Assembly (NCBI GenBank): GCA_965644295.1 | Contig: CBFFRP010000231.1 | Location: 74,361 to 138,360 of the forward strand | Origin: Paraphysomonas bandaiensis | Lineage: Eukaryota > Protista > Chrysophyceae | Direction of reading: 5' to 3' | Length of the DNA: 64,000 bases | Shown: positions 10,250 to 24,945 of the stretch, in pieces | Position numbering within the stretch: position 1 is the first letter of the stretch | Layout: each line of letters starts with the position of its first letter | Notes under the pieces: model-generated | Database searches by the model: none | What the model was told of the DNA's origin: nothing | The model's input: the letters and a program-made list of their open reading frames with translations, nothing else | Translations under genes and position numbers: made by a program

Positions 10250-13200
10250 ATGTTAAGTGGAAAGAAACTAGCTGTTACTGAAACACACTTATCGTATTCC
10301 AAATACGCGCGTGAATTTCGTAGAGCATTATTAAAACGAGAGAAATCACATGAAGGAGCCAAGTCACTATTGAAATCTTTATTTAATGAGATGGATAAAG
10401 ATGGTGATGGAATCGTTACAGACTCTGAATTACGTATGTTTATTAAATCTGTTCATTCATCTCATTCAATTGAAGACAAAGATGTTGAAAGTAATACAGA
10501 GAAGTTTACGAATATACTCTTACAGCAGATAGATATTAATCATGATGGGACTGTTTCTTATAATGATTTAGCAGAGTTTTTATGGCCGAAACATGAGAGT
10601 ACTCGTGAAGTGGGTATTGTATTGGAAGTGGTTCGTGATGCATTGGTAAATACTATTGGTCACAAACTCATTTCTGCTGCTTCGAATCCGGAGTGTCATG
10701 CCAACGATTGCTTTGCTCTTTTAGAAGCTTTCTCCAAAGCAACTGGGGTGCATATGTTGCGCGGTAAGTTGGTAGAAGTACACTCTCTTAAGAGGGCTCT
10801 GCACAAGTTGGTGGGAGCTAATGCACTTTCGGACTATGAGATCGAACAACTTATTCATGCTATGGATGCGAATGGTGATGGCGTTATCTCTCCTAAGGAA
10901 TTCAGAGAGTGGCTCTTCCTTCCTCCGCATGCTACCACCCCCAAGGGGAAAGATCCACCTGAGAAAGTTTGGGACAGTGACAATCAAATGGAGAATGAAG
11001 GGCGAAAAACTGAAGTTGTGACAATGACCATGCAAGAGATGGATCAGGTCGACTCTGAGGAGCGGTTCAGAGAGATTAAAGAACAGCTGGATATGCTTGA
11101 AGATAATTCAGACAGCGATATGTCAGGTTCTATTCGATGAATTATTCCTCTAACTCTGTGAAATGATATGTTTGATTTCCGCAGGTCACTGTCTTGACGT
11201 GAATTTATCGTACAGTGATGCCGAGGCAGAGGTGATGGAAATAGTTAGAACTTTCCGTTTCGTAATCCTGTTTTGTAGGTTGATTCTGATATAGCCCACC
11301 CTGCGGTGGAATCCCCTTCCCGCCCTGTTAATCGGACCGAATCTCACGATTTGAGCATATCGGGAGACCTGAATGCATCGTATGCGGAGGAGCAGGATCT
11401 CGAGGAACTGAAGATGTATAAGTGGTAAGCTTAGCTCTAGCTTGTGTATGAGAATGCCTCACTGGAAAACAGGAAGGATGATAGCGACACTGTTCAACGG
11501 TTGATGAAGACGTTAACACAGCGCAATGCCGAGTACCGAAGTCTTGAAATGAGATTTAACCACGTGAAGTTACAAAACGATGCACTTGTGCAACAGGAAC
11601 GGCAGCTCCGAGATGACCTCAGCAGACTCGAGTTCGAAAGTGCCGTGGCAGAAGAGAACAATATGCTACTGGAGGTACTTATACAGTGTAACTGTTGTAC
11701 GTGTATTGAGGGTGTGCATTGGTTTGGGAGTTTGTACCTCTATTCGAAGCATAATGTAATAAGTTGTACTGCGACATGTCCTTTCAGGAAAAACTGCGCA
11801 CAATCACGAGTTTCGAGCACAAATCACAGGATGGGCCGGGTGCAGAAAGCAGCAGCCTACAGGCTCTGCGAGGCGACTTGCTGAGTGCCGCCTCTAGACG
11901 GGTAATGTTTGGGCGTGTGTACAATTTAATAGGATGTGACGTTGGGTTTCATTTGTTCTAGATTGCGGAACTTGAGAATGATATGAGTTCTTTAAGGGAG
12001 AGGACAGAGAGGCGTGAGCAGCAGCTAGAAGAAGAAGCCCTGAACGCAAGGTCTGAGTGCGAGGCGTATAAAGAGGAGGCAGAAGGGTTAACAGAGCAGC
12101 TGGCACAACGCACAGTTCTTTATGCAGCACAAGAAAGACGGTTTCACTCCGAACAAAGAGCATGGTCGACTCGACGAGACTCTCAGGCTGACGAAATCAT
12201 TCATCTTCGAGCACGTGTGCAGCAACTAGAATCACAATGTTCACAGCTCGATCGGGAGCGAATCAACACAATTATGGAATTAAAAGAGTCGCAAGCCGTG
12301 CTAACAGATCTACGTGAGGCTTATGAGTCTGACAGATCCCGACTACTAGAGAGCGAGCAGGAGTTGTCAGTGGCGTTGGGCATGAACCAGTCACTGCAGG
12401 ATACCGTTAATCGTCTTCGTGGGGCCGATGTGGAGGATATTGAACGAGATATGGCTCGAGAAGTGGAGGAAATACGCGCTTCAGCTCAGCGGAGAGAAGA
12501 AGACTTGCGGGTGCAACTTGAGGAAGCACGAGAGTTGCTGCAAAGGGAGGGCTTGCGGATGAACGCTCTAGCGGACGAGAATAGTACTCTGAGGAGGCGT
12601 GTAGAGGAGGTAGAAGACTTGCTTCGGGATATAAAAGACTACTCTGGTTTTGGAATATCGAACGACGAAAATCGAGTGAATGATACCAGAGTGAGAGATG
12701 TCAATCAGAGTGGGGTTGCAGTTGTTAGCGATATCAGCAACACCAAAAGTCATACCATGAACACTTCGGACGACGGAATCCAGATTGGTAGTCCTATAAA
12801 GGCGAACAGCTCTGATTATAGAGAGAATGAACAAAACCAATCGGTAAAAGTCGAAAAAGGCTACTCCCTCAGCTCTGTGTTTTGGAAAATGAAAGTAAAT
12901 AATAGTGGAGAAGCGGACACAGTGAGTGACATTAGCGATGTACACAGTATGAGCAGTCCTGGGCGCCGCGTGACTAACTCAAGGGTCGACCAGTACAGAC
13001 ATGTGCCGTCATCTCACAGTGATCACAGAGATGGGGAGACAGAAAGTAGGGTGCACTCATTACTGCTGCGCGATCTAATTGAAATTATTCTTCACACACA
13101 TTTAACCCCAACGAAGACAAGTTTTACTGATATCAGTAGAAGTCGTGATACGCTGTCGCCACTCCACAAGGCTCTCACACGTTATATTCTTGGTGTGAAG

Positions 13201-16200
13201 GCTCCGCGATACTCGTCCTCGCGTGATTATTCTACTCTGGAATCTTGTGACGACTTTCCTCTGACAGACGAAGAGAACAGGGCCATAGAACGGCTCCTGC
13301 ACGCCATACGAAGGTTCACTGCAGATATCCCTGAGGCGATACTGAGTGATGCACGTACTCGAGTATCCCAATCGAGTGGAGTGGACAGTTGGGCAGTGCT
13401 ACGTGACCGCATTTTGAGCGCATATTATCCCCCAGAGCCACACAATTCCCAATGTAGATCTGAGCATGGAGTTAGTGAGGCTTTCTTGATTGGAGATGGG
13501 GAGAATTCCTGCGAGGAACATACTCACGATGCAAGCTTGCAGTCTCTACGGGATCAAATCACGTCTCTACAAGAAGCTCTGCGTTCATCTGAAAATAGTA
13601 TCGTTGAATTATCTGATGAGCGAGATGCTCTTGTTGAGGAACTGATGCAGGTGAGGTTAAATTTATCGGCTGCTCAATCCACAAGAGAACAAGCATCAAA
13701 CAGGGTAAATGCACTTGAAACGCAAGTTACTCTGTTACAGAGGGACCTGGAGATAGCAAAGAAAGAGAATGGAGATGTTGAACGCCTTGAATCCAAATTG
13801 AAGTCTGCTGAGGATGAGGTTAGAGCTGAGCGAGAGCTTGTTGCTAACCTTCAAGAGGAAAATCATAAATTAGCTGATACAGTGCAAACACAGTTGCAGG
13901 AGATATCTACTCTTGAAGCAGAGATCAGTAAACACACATCTACGCTTAACGATGTGAGATGCGAGTTAGAAAGTGTGAAACACAGCAGTCAAACTATAGC
14001 CAGTGAGAAGTCTGCTTTAGTTGAAGAGATTACAGGATTGAAGCAGCATCTAGAGTCGGAAACGAGTGACTTAAAGCTTCAACTAGAAAATATGCAGTCC
14101 GAGCTAAACGCAGCCCTTGAGAGCAGAGAGAAGTATATAGAAGAGCAATGTGCCCCTCTTTTGACTGAAGTGCATGATCTGAAGAATGAAATTTCGCCAC
14201 TGCGCTCTGAATTGGAGGCGAAGGTGGCTTCATTACATGAAATTGAGCTTCAGTATGAAAAATCTCAACATCGAGAAAGAAAGATGTCAGAAGAGATGGA
14301 TGTTCTCGTGGACGAGGTCCGCCGCCTCAGTTCTGCAGAGAAGGAATTTGAAAAGGTTCGGAACGAAAGAGAAAATTTGCGGGCACAGTTAGAGAATATT
14401 CAGATGGAGCATGCAAGCAAGTTGGATGAAAATGCTAAACATGTTGCCGAGGAGCGGGAAGTATTGGTAGCTGAGCTTAAAAAAGCTAAAAATGTCCTTG
14501 TATCAATGAATGTACTAAAAGAAGAGAGGGACTATTTGTCGGAGAAGCTGAAATCAACTGAGGATGTGTGTAACGAGGTGTCATCTAGACTGGAGGGTGT
14601 TGAACTCGAAAAATCGCACCTCTTGCATAGTATTGAATCACTTAAGCGGAAGTTGCTCTCATCTACTGGGTCAGACAGTGCTTCACCAGCGGGAGCTACG
14701 AAGGATAACAGCGTCGTTTGGAGTAACGAGAAAGCCCGACTGGTTAGTCATATTGAGTCATTGGAGGCCGCGGATAAAGAGAAGTCAGAACAAATTGTCC
14801 TTCTTGAAACTGAAAAGGATGAAATGTCTGACAAACTGCGTTCATTTGAAGAGCTATTTGCAGAAGCTTCTGTAAAAATAGAGGCAGCTAAAGATGAAAG
14901 GGCGCGACTGCTCAATAAAATAGAGCGCCTTGATACCTGCGTTATGTCATTAGAATCTGAGAGAGATAGCTCAGAGTGTACGATTGACGAATCAGTGATC
15001 AGCAGACTCACACAGGAAAATTGTACTTTGCGTGATGAAATCGAAAGCTTACGTGCAGGCTGTAAAGATATCGACGAAAAGAACGATACTCTGTTAGCTG
15101 AATTAAATTCATTGAGATATCATAATGCTGACTTGTTAGCGAAACAAAACCAAGCAGAGGATGGTAATTCCATTAGCAACCCACGGATTTCGCAATCACG
15201 CTGGGAGTTCGATATTCAATCTGCGTACAGTCGCTTACAGGAGCTGAAAAGTGTTCATACTCACATCATCTGTACCGTGTCGGCGTTACAAATACAGCTG
15301 AAGGAAAAAGATGTGTCTAGTGATATTGCAACCACGAAAGCTGATTCCGAAGCACTCGAAAATCAGTGTCCAGAACATAGTGAAATACTTGCTATTGATG
15401 TTTCAGCATCACACAACGATATTAGCGATTCGTGTACTTATATTTCGTCGACAGAAGAGTCTCTAGCGTCATTACTTACATTGGTTGATGCTTTCCGAGC
15501 AGATTTGGATGTGGTGGTAGACATGTTTGAATCTCTTACCAGTACCACTTCCCCTCACCAAGACGAATGGGCATCAAATGCTACAAAACTGGGATCAGAA
15601 GGATTGTCTCCATCCTCTAAGTTTGCTCCGGGGGCTGCGAAGAGTATTCGGGCACTAGCGAAGGAACGGGATGCGTTGGAGACTAGTCTTTCTTTGATGC
15701 AGAAGGAGGTCAATGAGATGCGGTCTGATTTGATGAGGGTAAATGTGGAGAGGGACAGGTTACAACGTATCGTTGAAATGACACGTCTCGAAAAAAATGC
15801 ATCCGAAGAGAAAGTGAAGGAGCTGGAAGAGCAAGTAAGTGAGCTGAAGGACAATGTAGAAGCATTGTCGAGCAGGAATGATGCTCTAAAAGAATGCATA
15901 AAGGAGATAGACGTCGACAGAGATGACGTCATATCACGGCATGAGACTGAGAAGCAGAAAATTGTAAATGACATGACGGCAATGATAGAGCTGGTTCAGG
16001 ACGAGAGGGATGACCTTTCTCAGAGGCTGTCTGCTGCAGAGGCGAAGTATGAAGATTCTACTCTGACCGTATCAAACTTTAGGAAAAGAGAAGAAGAGTT
16101 AACTTCGGAAATTGAAAGTCTTAAAGAACAGCTTGCGAATTGCGCTGATAGTAGCACAGGCGAAGCTCTATCAGATGTGGTGAAATCACTGGAGGCACGA

Positions 16201-18861
16201 AATGAAGAAGTGGTTGCTGAGTTTAGTGCACTTGAGCAGGAGCGTGATCGTATGATGGACGAGATTGAGCGACTCGCTATGGAGTATTCGAAGAAAGTGA
16301 AAACCATTGAGATGGAGAAGGGTGAGATATGGAATGAAGTTGTTCAGCTGGAGAAAAAGAATAAAGAAGCCGCTGGTGATATTCAGATTTTGGAAAAGAC
16401 TAATCATTCCCTGTCCAGCAAGTTGGAGGCAGTTGAGATGGAATTGGTTGAGATGACGAGCAAATATGACGAATGTACAGTCCTGATCAATACTCTTCAG
16501 GATGAAACCACTGCTCTTACACGGCAGCTTCGAAGCGGTTGGACTCGTCAGTTGGAGGACGATAGTGCATCTCGTATTGCGCAGCTGCAAGAAGAACTGG
16601 CGGTTTCGAAAGAATCCATCTTGACAATACGACGAGAGAGAGATGATGCTTTGTCAAAGCTTGAACAGAAGAACAGCGAACTGGAATCTATGAATACTCA
16701 GTTGATGTTATTAACGAAGGATAAGACTGAGCTTTCTACACAATTGGAGGCAAAGAATTCTGAGACTAATGCGTATGTCTCAGAGGTGGAGAAGCTGAAA
16801 TCAAACATATCGACATTACAAGCAGAAAAAGCGGCGATGAAAATAACGTGTGACCATCTGTCCGAAGACTTGGAAGAAGTCGCTCTGGAGCGCGACTCAG
16901 TTCAAGAACAACTATTATTGCTCCAAGAAAATAAGCCAGAGAAAAATCAATCAGGCGCTAACGCAGAGGATATACATTCCCTGAAGAAAGAGCTTGAAAA
17001 TATGAAAAGTAAATACACAGTGGCTTTGGATAGCAAATCTAAATACGAAGTGGAGATTGTAAGACTTCAAGATGAAAGTCAACGTCTTCGCACTCGCTTA
17101 GATGCATTGAATGCTGAGAAGCGTACTCTAGCTCAGGAGAGTGTTAATACACCTTCTGGTTGGGTGAAAGAGAAGAGAGAATACGAGGAATTATTGTCTG
17201 AAAAAACGTCTACTATAGAGGTGTTAAAAGGAGAGTTAGAGGGTGTCACAGGTGAGCATACTGTCGCTCTAATTTAATTATCTTATATGTGGTTGTCTTG
17301 CAGCACACTGGAGGGCAGAAATGTCAGCCGCTGTGGAACATGTAAGAAACTTTTGATTTTAATTCGTGTTTATCATGAGTTACATATAGGTGAAGAGAAA
17401 GAGCGCTGAGGAGAGTACCGTAATGAAAGAAAGATTGACACATTCTTTTCATGAAGAAGTATCGGTAAGCGAGTTGTTGCGAATTTCGAATAAAATTTTG
17501 ATGACAAATGGGGTAGTCTCTGCAGAGTCACATTTCCCGACTCACATCTGAATTGGAAGACCAGCGTAGCGAATTTGAGCGGAACCAGATGACTAGCCGC
17601 ACCACGTTGCTTGACAGAGAAAATAAAATCACTGAGCTTCAAAACAAGTTGCTGGATGCTGAAAATTGTCTTCGTGAGGCAGAAAACAAGCACAGAGAAA
17701 AAGAGAGGGCGTTAACAGAAGAAATTCAATCAAGGTATCGTGAAGAACATAATGCAGAGAAACGTCGATTGGAAACCTCGGCCAAACACGCTCTTGAGGA
17801 GAGGGTACAGACAGTTGTTGCAGAGTACAAAATTGAACGCGATATTATGCAACGGACGATACTTGAGAAGAACCAAACGATTGCCGAGATGACGGCAGAG
17901 ATGAAGGGGTATGCTCAAAAATTACAAGACAAATGGAAAGAGGTGAGACAGTAGTGGCATACATTGTGCCCTTATGTTGATGAATGGTATTTAGGCTCGT
18001 CGTTCATTGAAGGAAAAGTATTCGAAACGTGTTGACGACGTTAAGAAACACTGCGACCAGGAAATTCGAGCTTTAGTTGCAATGGTGAAGGCTGAGTGTG
18101 AAGATATTTTCCAAGAGGTTGAGAAGGCTTCTCACCAGGATTCTCGTTTTGGAGAACAGGGCAGTCAGGGGTTTACCTATAGCCACACCTCTAAGAGTTC
18201 ACCGAGCCAACGCTACCATGACCACAGTTTTAACGACCACTCATCTCACTCACACTCGAAGTATACGTTTCAACCGGAAAAACGGGAAACGAGTACACGC
18301 AGCAGTGTGACTTCTCAACGAAGTGGAGTCGTGTTTCAACCTGAGATGCTTAGTCCCGAGGAGACACAAGATTTGTTGCGTTCCATACTAAATCGCTCTG
18401 CAGTTACCAGTGTCTCCGTTCATAGAAGTGGTGCTGACGTTGGTGAAGTTCACGTGTACCCTAATCACTCCCCTCATCGCCAAGGTGTAAATGACAGTGA
18501 TGACAGCCTCGATCATCTCTCCGACCTCCAACGTGAAGGACGTTTCAGTGGAGGCGGCCGTAGTACCAGTGTATGGGGAGTTGCTGAGAGCATATCAACG
18601 GAGTCGTCACGACCCCCTCCTCCGCCTGATGTACGATCTCCTCAATCGCGAACACATCATCCTCCTCCAACGGCCTCAGAGTCACCCACTATTAACTCTG
18701 ATAACCAGCGCATATCCAGAGGTCGCGGGAAAAGTTCGCAGTCAACAGAAAGTAAGAACCATTCGGAGACGTTTGTGTCACGGAGTAGTGAAGTTGCTAC
18801 AGCAATCGGAAGAGCCAGAATGGAGAGGATGGTCGAAAAGTTAGATGCGTTTGTGAAATGA
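10250..18861 (+). CDS. Very large (about 2,600 aa) EF-hand + long coiled-coil protein (about 9 introns, one exon of about 5.3 kb)
   Basis: EF-hand loops DKDGDGIVTDSE, DINHDGTVSYND, DANGDGVISPKE; E/K/L/Q-rich heptad sequence over more than 1,700 aa; ORFs at 10250, 11444, 11764, 11983, 17553 and 18007 join in frame through short GT-AG introns. Confidence 0.8.
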
Positions 18862-19305
18862 ATAATGCAATAATATTCATGTTGTGTGTGCTCTAATAAT
18901 AGGGTAGTTATTCCAAAGTTTGCCAAAAGGAACTGGGTATTTGTCGACCCGTAAGGTGTGAGATGACGATAGGCAGCAACTACAAATAGATATAGTGTAT
19001 TGGATAGTAGTGCAGAGCTGTAGTGGATTGTAGGAATGATTTTATGTTTTAACGAGGTAAATTAGAGCATGGCTGGCTACTTAGACTAATTGAGATACCA
19101 GAGTCTCTAACTCTGGTTCTGCTAACCCAAACTATAAGATGCCAACAGCTCTAATCTGTACTTCACTTGCTGTGGCAACGGAATGATCCTGTCCCTCTAA
19201 CATTATCCTTAGAGTCCTTCTTCCTGTCTCGAGCTTAAAAGGATATTGTACCTCAACATCAGATCCCTCCTCCACAACAAGAATCAATATGATTAAATAT
19301 ATGTC

Positions 19306-20103
19306 TACAGCTACTGGCTAACTACAAGCAACTTCTTCAGTAAGGATATTGCATCTTATTAATATACTACCTACGATTCCATGGCCACACTCCACCACGG
19401 GATAGAGGAAGCAAGGAACAGTGGAGTTTGTCAGAATCTAAGTAGGACTGCTTACCGATGCCAGGTGTGTGATAGACTCACTGGTCCACAAATGCTTACT
19501 GCTGGAGGGATTTGTTTCTACTGCTCGTTTAACCTGCATCGATTGCAAGGACCAAGCGAATGCGCTGGAAATCCAAGAAGGTCAATGCCATTGTTGCCGA
19601 ATCAGGAGAGGGGTGTCCGGGCTACTGAGGGGGAGGTATACAGTCTACAGGCGCCCTAGATATGAGTGTCATGTTAGGCTACAGAAGGCTGCGACCTCTA
19701 AATGTTCCTCTTGCATAAGAAGGAACCTAAGATTAGGGATCCAATGGATTTGAAGATTCATAGAAACTCTGCACCAATTAGGAGAGAGGAGGAGGTTGCA
19801 CACCACCCAATAGTCCAAGCAACAGTTTGCCGCTTATATATCTGAGTCTCTACAGCACTCGGAGCGACAGATATATAGGACATGTACCGCCAATGAGGTA
19901 ATGGATCGTTTCAAGGACCACTTCTAAAAACAGAATCGGATAGCAAAGAAGACTTTTGCTACCGTTATATCCCAATTTTCTCAATTAGTATTGGATCGAT
20001 AAACGAGATTACAGCTACTGGCTAGCTACAAGCAACTTCTACGCTAAGGAAATTACATCTTATTGTCAACTATTAGTAATTTACTACCTACAATTTCATG
20101 GTC
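19306..20103 (+). mobile_element. Degenerate element: direct repeats of about 80-95 bp flanking frameshifted Cys-rich (CxxC) coding remnants
   Basis: tacagctactggcta.ctacaagcaacttct...taagga.att.catcttatt...tactacctac.att.catgg at 19306-19386 and 20010-20103; internal overlapping ORFs with CQVC, CFYC, CIDC, CHCC, CSSC. Confidence 0.5.
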
Positions 20104-21444
20104 AACGGAATGACCTTCATTTGCTATACCGATGTATCAGTCTAAACACTGTAGATGATAATAACTCATCATCAGTGTATAAGGGAATATGTGCATTTAG
20201 TATTTCATTATAGTCGATGCGAAATACATCTCGTTCAAATGCGTTTGTATGTGCGAGAAGACTTGCTATAGTATAAACACAATACAATACATTCAGGACA
20301 ACATAGGATACGTAAAGTACAACTGCATCACTGATAGCTCCGCAATACACAGCAGCTATTGGCCTGGATATGAACTGTAAATTGTAAATATATTCAATCA
20401 TTGTTCTCATCATCTTTTTTATATCTAGTCTTCATTATACATCTGTTATATCTTTATCTGTTTCTGCTATACCCTTGCATATATCCACAATGAGCTTGTC
20501 TTATCATTGTCATGTTAATCAGTAGATCTTGATTCATTGGTTGATATTAATAATAATTGTATCATTTCGAACATATAATATGTACAAAGCTAAACATATA
20601 TACATTATAAATCTCGTAGTATAAAATAACCCGATAGCTGCTTATTTCATAATTGACTTTAATCAGACTTAGTGTTACGTCTTTTTCTCTGTTGCTCTAC
20701 GTTTTCGTTACTATTTTACTTCCTAGAAACAGTCAGGCACATATGTCTGCAAAAAGTAAAGTCTGGTCTCATATAGAAAATATATATGAACATCATACCT
20801 ATCGCTCACCAACCTACGCTTAACAATGCCACATCTTTACAAGTATAGTACTCATTGGTTGAGTCTCCTTTGCATATATATAGGTATTATTGTATTATCT
20901 ACATATAGCAGCATTGCTATTGCAACTTACTTAGTATTAGGGTTAGATATATCATGAACTGAATTAATAATTTTATCTGTTGAAGATACTTGATCATCAT
21001 TGCCAGTTATACTTCTAACTATTCCGTTGTGTGCGATAGTTATATAGTTATGTTCTGAATTATTATTCACTTATCTACATTACTGTGTTCATCAATCACA
21101 TTATGCTCTAATAATCACAACATTATTCTTACTATTACTAAGCTTAAATCTGCATTCTTAGTCAGCATGGCTTCTGTTATAACTCGACGATTACGATATA
21201 CCCCTATACTGGACATACTAATACTACATACGACATATATAGTTTTCTGAACGAATGTTTTAGCAACAAATTTACAACTGCAATGCGCTCATTTTCTGTA
21301 TTGAGCCACAAGACCACGAGGTGTGTGTTTACTACTTCACAGCAACAAAAAATCATGGATAGAGTTGTATACACTGACTTTACAAATACTACAGTGGCAT
21401 GAACTAAAATCAAAAATACGGTGCACGAAGCCATCACTCCCAAT

Positions 21445-22582
21445 TTACACGTCAACTCCCCCATCACTCTTCAGTGGCAACAGTTCCGACTCTTGAAGAG
21501 TTCGTTTCTTATTTTTCCTGTAAAACCCCGTGTATTATTCATATATTCCAACATAGTGCCACAACATACCGTCGAGCTTTCCGTTGGACTGCGCGGTCCT
21601 GCGTGCCCTCAGTATTGGATGACTGTGAGGACTTGATAGCTGTAGATATTAGAAGCTCAAGGGATAAGACCAATACTTCCGACCAGTGCTTGAAAAAGAT
21701 ATAGTTGTTCCAGTATTTATCGGATACCATAACAAAAAAACTTCTTTGTTCTGAAATAGGCACATAATAATTGCTAGAACAAGATCACGACATGCAACAA
21801 TCACCTGTCCAGAGAACAATTAGCAGAATAGCGATAAAGAGCTCGATGACCAGCCGCATCACGAAGAACATGTTGGCAGCAACAGTTATGGCTAAAATGC
21901 GCCGCACCTGAGGTCGCGTGCTATTCGCATTAATCACACCGATGGTCGTAAGTACAACCCTGATCTTACTGGAGAACATTGTCATTGCGATGAGAGTTGC
22001 AACTGAGGTCAGAGCAAATAAGACCGCATCATACAGAATCATTGCTTCTGAATTGTACACCCGACAGAGGAATAACACAATATTAAGACTCTGTACACAG
22101 AACAAGAACAACATTGTCAATGCAAATGTCTCCATAGGCCCTCTGCGTCTCCTGCCTGTACGAGGATGCCGTGCAACTGCTTGTCTTTTATCTAATAAAT
22201 AACTTGTCTCTGGACTTGTAGGATGTCCAACTTTCTGTAACATATGAGCCCAATAACATACTATTAATAGAAATACAGCATATAAACATAAGCTTCCAAA
22301 TGCACACATGATCTCTGATATCATTATTCCCATCCACCCATTGGATTCAAAGGCAATGACGGGGATAGGTACGTATGTTCCTTCTAATACATTAGATGGT
22401 ATAAAAAACCATATTGAACGTATGATTGCAGTAAGTGTGATGGTTGTATAGAAGAGTGTGATGACTTTCCCTCCACCTTTAGGTGAGAAGTAGATGATGG
22501 TACGCCATAGTGAGAAGCATGTGATTAGAAGATAAGCTATAGCGAGAATGAGATCTTGTGTGAGTTGTTGATGAGTTTCCAT
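21445..22582 (-). CDS. Multi-pass membrane protein, TOM1/THH1 (DUF1084)-like, 3 exons
   Basis: ATG at 22582 (METHQQ); about 7 hydrophobic segments, AIIRSIWF, FLLIVCYWAH, VRRILAITV...FFVMR, HWSEV; two GT-AG introns splice in frame to TAA at 21445. Confidence 0.7.
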
Positions 22583-22855
22583 TGGATTGGAGAGTGATGG
22601 AGGTGGGAGAGGTGGGGGATGAGTATGTATTGAGACTGAGAGTGTGTTTGTGTGTTGATATGTATGTGCAGTACACTGTCCTCTATACGTACAGAGTATG
22701 TATATGTGCTGCTGAATACGTGTATGTGTACATATATATATGTGTATGTATGTACTGCATTGTATGTTGAGAAGTGTTCTATTTGAAGTACTGTATACCG
22801 GTATACATATGTACAGTTTACTCGCCGTCCTGTCCCTACTCGCCGTCCCTACAAC

Positions 22856-22961
22856 TACATACATACATACATACATACATACATACATACATACATACAT
22901 ACATACATACATACATACATACATACATACATACATACATACATACATACATACATACATA
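22856..22961. repeat. (CATA)n microsatellite, i.e. TATG on the minus strand
   Basis: Directly visible. Confidence 0.99.
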
Positions 22962-23941
22962 GCGGAGGTCAGTACTGTCGAACTATTCCAGTTCTTTGGC
23001 GGAAATTGATCAACGAAGCCCATAATAAGTGAATGAAAAACAAAGGAGATTTTCTCTCACTGGGATCTGTAATACAGTGTACGCATCTGAGAAATATTGT
23101 TTCGCAGATCTCAGTGATAGAAAATCCCCTTTGTTTTTCCCACTCTTAGTATGGGCTTCATTGTTTAGGTATCCTCCAAAGAACTGGTTTGTGTCTATCC
23201 TCTCAATGATAGGCTGACGAATGAATCATCAACAAATGCGTGCAAGAAAAGGAAACTTATTGTACATACAGCTGCTAACCAGATGAATCACAATTCAAGT
23301 TCTTATTGAAGTCTTTGAGACTAATGCACTGAACGTATGCAATGATACGAAAGAAATAGCGGATATGGCCAAAATATATGATACACAACAGGAATATATC
23401 ACGAAACGTAATGACAGTAGAACGTTAGTTTTCTGTAAATGATAGTATAGAGACTTGTATTTCATCGTAACTCTAGTGAACCGCTCTTATAGAGTGTTTG
23501 TATTGGTTAGTTGAAAGTGAAGCCCGGCAGCTAAATTACATGACGCTGTTTTATTGGTAGCAAATACGATATTTAATAAACGATTGATGTCGGTCAAACA
23601 TATAACTAACTAATGTCACACTCCTCTGAGTATGAGAAAATGCAAGATTTTCGTACCCAATATATCAATATATTCTACGTCCATCGAACACAGCTAACCT
23701 GCATTATATTATCAGAAAGAAAACGGGATGCCATGTATAACATTCCAACTAGTAATTTTTACACTTATATTTTTACATCGTAACAAAAAATTAAATGCTA
23801 CCCCCTCATGCTCACCGCACAACAATGAATCTTGCGCATTGCTTTCCAAAGCTATAATGCTGCATTCTAATCTGAAAACTTATAGTCAGTCCTAAGTACT
23901 GCTGTACAGAAACACCAAATAAAATAGACCATTGAAAACAC

Positions 23942-24945
23942 CTAAAGGGTCGATGCCCTTATTATCCTAGAATCAATTAAGGTGGATCTATACGAAAAAA
24001 ACTCTGCCACATCATGCTGCTGGACATTCGTCGTGAAGTCTAACAGTCTATTATCCGGTTGATACCGAGATCCTAACAATTTATCAGCTCCTCTATCTAG
24101 CTGTTTCCATGCCTTTGCTCTCCTTCCTGCTAGAGGTTGAAGCAAGGGAGCCCCTCCAGTCTGTCGCAGCAGCACATTACGATTGGCACAGCAAATAGTG
24201 TGTATGGATATCCTGGTAAAATCTGGTACCATAACAGCCGGGTCCTCTTGACCAGAGGACTGGCAGTCAGACGCTGGTTTTAGTAGAGAGGAGTCATCAA
24301 TATACTTCGTGCGTACGGGTGCTAACAAGCTGATGACATCAATATGATGACAGTCAGGGTCAAGCACGGCATACACAGATTCTCCTTTTCTCACTGCGAC
24401 AAACATATTTAAGGATATTAAACTGTATTTGAAATTAACTTACAAATCGTAAAGTAAGCTTTGGTAGATTCGTTAAATACATCTGATCCACTTTCTAGAA
24501 CTTTAACTGCGGTCGGACAGTCTTCATCGTTGGTTAATTCAAAGTAGCCATTTAGGTGTGCAATGCCACTGAACTCGTTCTTTAGTCTTGTTCGTCCCAT
24601 GCTGTGATCATACAAACTACCAGCGTACAGTTTCACCGCCTTCACACGAGTGGACCGTCTGTGAATCGTCTCCTTCTTTCGGTCAGGGTCAAGATATTCT
24701 TTGACGAGCACCAGACGCAATCTCTCACCAGGTGTTTCTCCGCATCTACAGTGCAGACACAATGGGTACTCATCAGCTGTACTCTCCATTGTCATAAACA
24801 CTTCCGGCGAATCAGTAATAGTGGAACGGCGCTTCTGCAATTCTGAAGATATATACGAACCGGATGGAGCACATTTATTACAATGAATTCCTATACTCAT
24901 AGCAGTTATAAAGGAGGCATATGACAGTCTTACATACCTCCACAA
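23942..24945 (-). CDS. Hypothetical protein or element-derived coding remnant (two adjacent ORFs)
   Basis: Two consecutive 150-175 aa minus-strand ORFs with protein-like composition, CxxC-type motifs and a QQHDVAEFF segment; no confident family. Confidence 0.35.

Noticed and set aside
20117-21400. Short ORFs in an AT-rich intergenic stretch
   Set aside because: No motifs and no supportable exon chain.
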